From: Delftia acidovorans NBRC 14950
GTDB taxonomy: Bacteria; Pseudomonadota; Gammaproteobacteria; Burkholderiales; Burkholderiaceae_C
Direction of reading: 5' to 3'
Assembly: GCF_001598795.1 (NCBI RefSeq)
Contig: NZ_BCZP01000013.1
Coordinates: forward strand, 90,001-122,000
Length of the DNA stretch: 32,000 bases
Each line of letters starts with the position of its first letter. Positions within the stretch are counted from its first letter, which is position 1. Position numbers and translations under genes: made by a program. This document shows, piece by piece, positions 26,020-32,000 of this stretch. The notes beneath the pieces are model-generated. The model was not told the origin of the DNA. It did no database searches and was given only the letters and a program-made list of their open reading frames with translations.

Positions 26020-27198
26020 ATGCCTCTTTCCCTACTCGCCCTGGCGGCCGGTGCCTTTGGCATCGGCACCACGGAATTCATCATCATGGGCCTGCTGACA
26101 CAGGTCAGCCAGGATCTTCACATCAGCATTCCCACGGCGGGCTCGCTGATTTCGGGCTACGCCATCGGCGTGGCCGTGGGCGCGCCCGTGCTCACGCTGC
26201 TGACGCGCCAATGGCCGCGCAAGCGCCTGCTGCTGGCGCTGATGCTGATCTTCATTGCCGGTAACCTGGCCGCCGCGTTCGCACCCAGCTATGAATGGCT
26301 GATGTCGGCGCGCGTGCTGACCTCGCTGACCCACGGCACCTTCTTCGGCGTGGGCGCCGTGGTGGCCACAGGCCTGGTGCCGGTGGACAAGAAGGCGTCG
26401 GCGATTGCGCTGATGTTCTCGGGCCTGACGCTGGCCACCCTGCTGGGCGTGCCTGCCGGCGCCTGGATCGGCCAGATGTTCGGCTGGCGCAGCGCCTTCC
26501 TGGCCGTGGCCGCGATCGGCGTTCTGGCCTTTGCCATCCTGGCCGCCTTCGTGCCGCGCGACCAGGGCCGCCCCGAGGTCACGCCGCTGGCGCAGGAGCT
26601 TGCCGTGCTGGCCAACGGCCAGGTCTGGCTGGGCCTGGGCATCACGGCCTTCGGCTTTGCGGGCGTGTTTGCGCTCTACACCTATGTGGAGCCGCTGCTG
26701 ACCCAGGTGACCCGCATGGGCGACAGCCTGGTGGCACTGACCCTGCTGCTGTTCGGCGCGGGCCTGGCCGCAGGCAATCTGCTGGGCGGCAAGCTGGCCG
26801 ACCGGGGCGTGATGCGCGCCCTGGTGTGGAGCATTGCGGCGCTGATGGTGGTGCTGGCGGCAGGCCGCTGGGCCTTCGGGAACCAGGCCGTGGCCATGGC
26901 CTATGTGATCGTGCTGGGCGTCGTGGCCTTCGCCACGGTGGCCCCCATGCAGATGCGCGTGCTGGACCAGGCCGGCCCCCAGGGCGCCAACCTGGTCTCC
27001 AGCCTGAACATTGCGGCCTTCAACCTGGGCAATGCCCTGGGTGCCTGGGTTGGCGGCCTGGCCCTGGCCGGTGGCCTGGGCCTGGTCAACCTGGGCTGGG
27101 CCGCCGCCGCGTTGACGGCCGTGGGCCTGGTGCTGGTCTTCTGGAGCAGCCGCCTGCCCGCGGGCTCCGCACGCAGCGCAGGCGTGGCCTGCGCCTGA
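26020..27198 (+). CDS. MFS transporter, DHA1-type (YdhP/NepI-like efflux family)
   Basis: 392 aa with 12 TM segments. N-terminus LALAAGAFGIGTTEFIIMGLLTQVSQDLHISIPTAGSLISGYAIGVAVGAP is typical of this subgroup. It is divergent from the LysR gene. Confidence 0.88.
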   Translation: MPLSLLALAAGAFGIGTTEFIIMGLLTQVSQDLHISIPTAGSLISGYAIGVAVGAPVLTLLTRQWPRKRLLLALMLIFIAGNLAAAFAPSYEWLMSARVLTSLTHGTFFGVGAVVATGLVPVDKKASAIALMFSGLTLATLLGVPAGAWIGQMFGWRSAFLAVAAIGVLAFAILAAFVPRDQGRPEVTPLAQELAVLANGQVWLGLGITAFGFAGVFALYTYVEPLLTQVTRMGDSLVALTLLLFGAGLAAGNLLGGKLADRGVMRALVWSIAALMVVLAAGRWAFGNQAVAMAYVIVLGVVAFATVAPMQMRVLDQAGPQGANLVSSLNIAAFNLGNALGAWVGGLALAGGLGLVNLGWAAAALTAVGLVLVFWSSRLPAGSARSAGVACA

Positions 27199-27201
27199 GG
27201 C

Positions 27202-32000
<4,799 letters not shown>

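Overview
High-GC chromosomal segment; a betaproteobacterial, Comamonadaceae-like origin is my inference from composition and protein types only. No rRNA, tRNA, CRISPR array, transposase or integrase was recognised. Gene order, left to right: (1) the 3' end of a fimbrial usher gene from an upstream chaperone-usher locus. (2) About 800 bp of non-coding DNA whose right half is very AT-rich. (3) A complete second chaperone-usher operon: major subunit, PapD-like chaperone, usher, a truncated FimH-like adhesin paralogue and a full two-domain adhesin. (4) putA (trifunctional, with an RHH domain) and putP. (5) A TRAP transporter operon (DctP/Q/M-type) bracketed by two copies of a ~100-nt GC-rich structured repeat. 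(6) An IclR regulator divergent from a GMC oxidoreductase plus an MHS-family MFS transporter. (7) A lower-GC pair: an AT3-family acyltransferase and a secreted protein of unknown function. (8) A LysR regulator divergent from a DHA1-type MFS exporter. (9) A very long uvrA-like gene running off the right edge, which encodes two complete UvrA units (four ABC modules) in one polypeptide. Most long reverse-frame ORFs in the track are stop-poor artefacts of high GC. I see no clearly novel multi-gene system. The most unusual items are the conserved C-terminal tails on both ushers, the decaying and duplicated adhesin with compositionally foreign lectin modules, the structured repeat pair around the TRAP operon, and the single-chain double UvrA.
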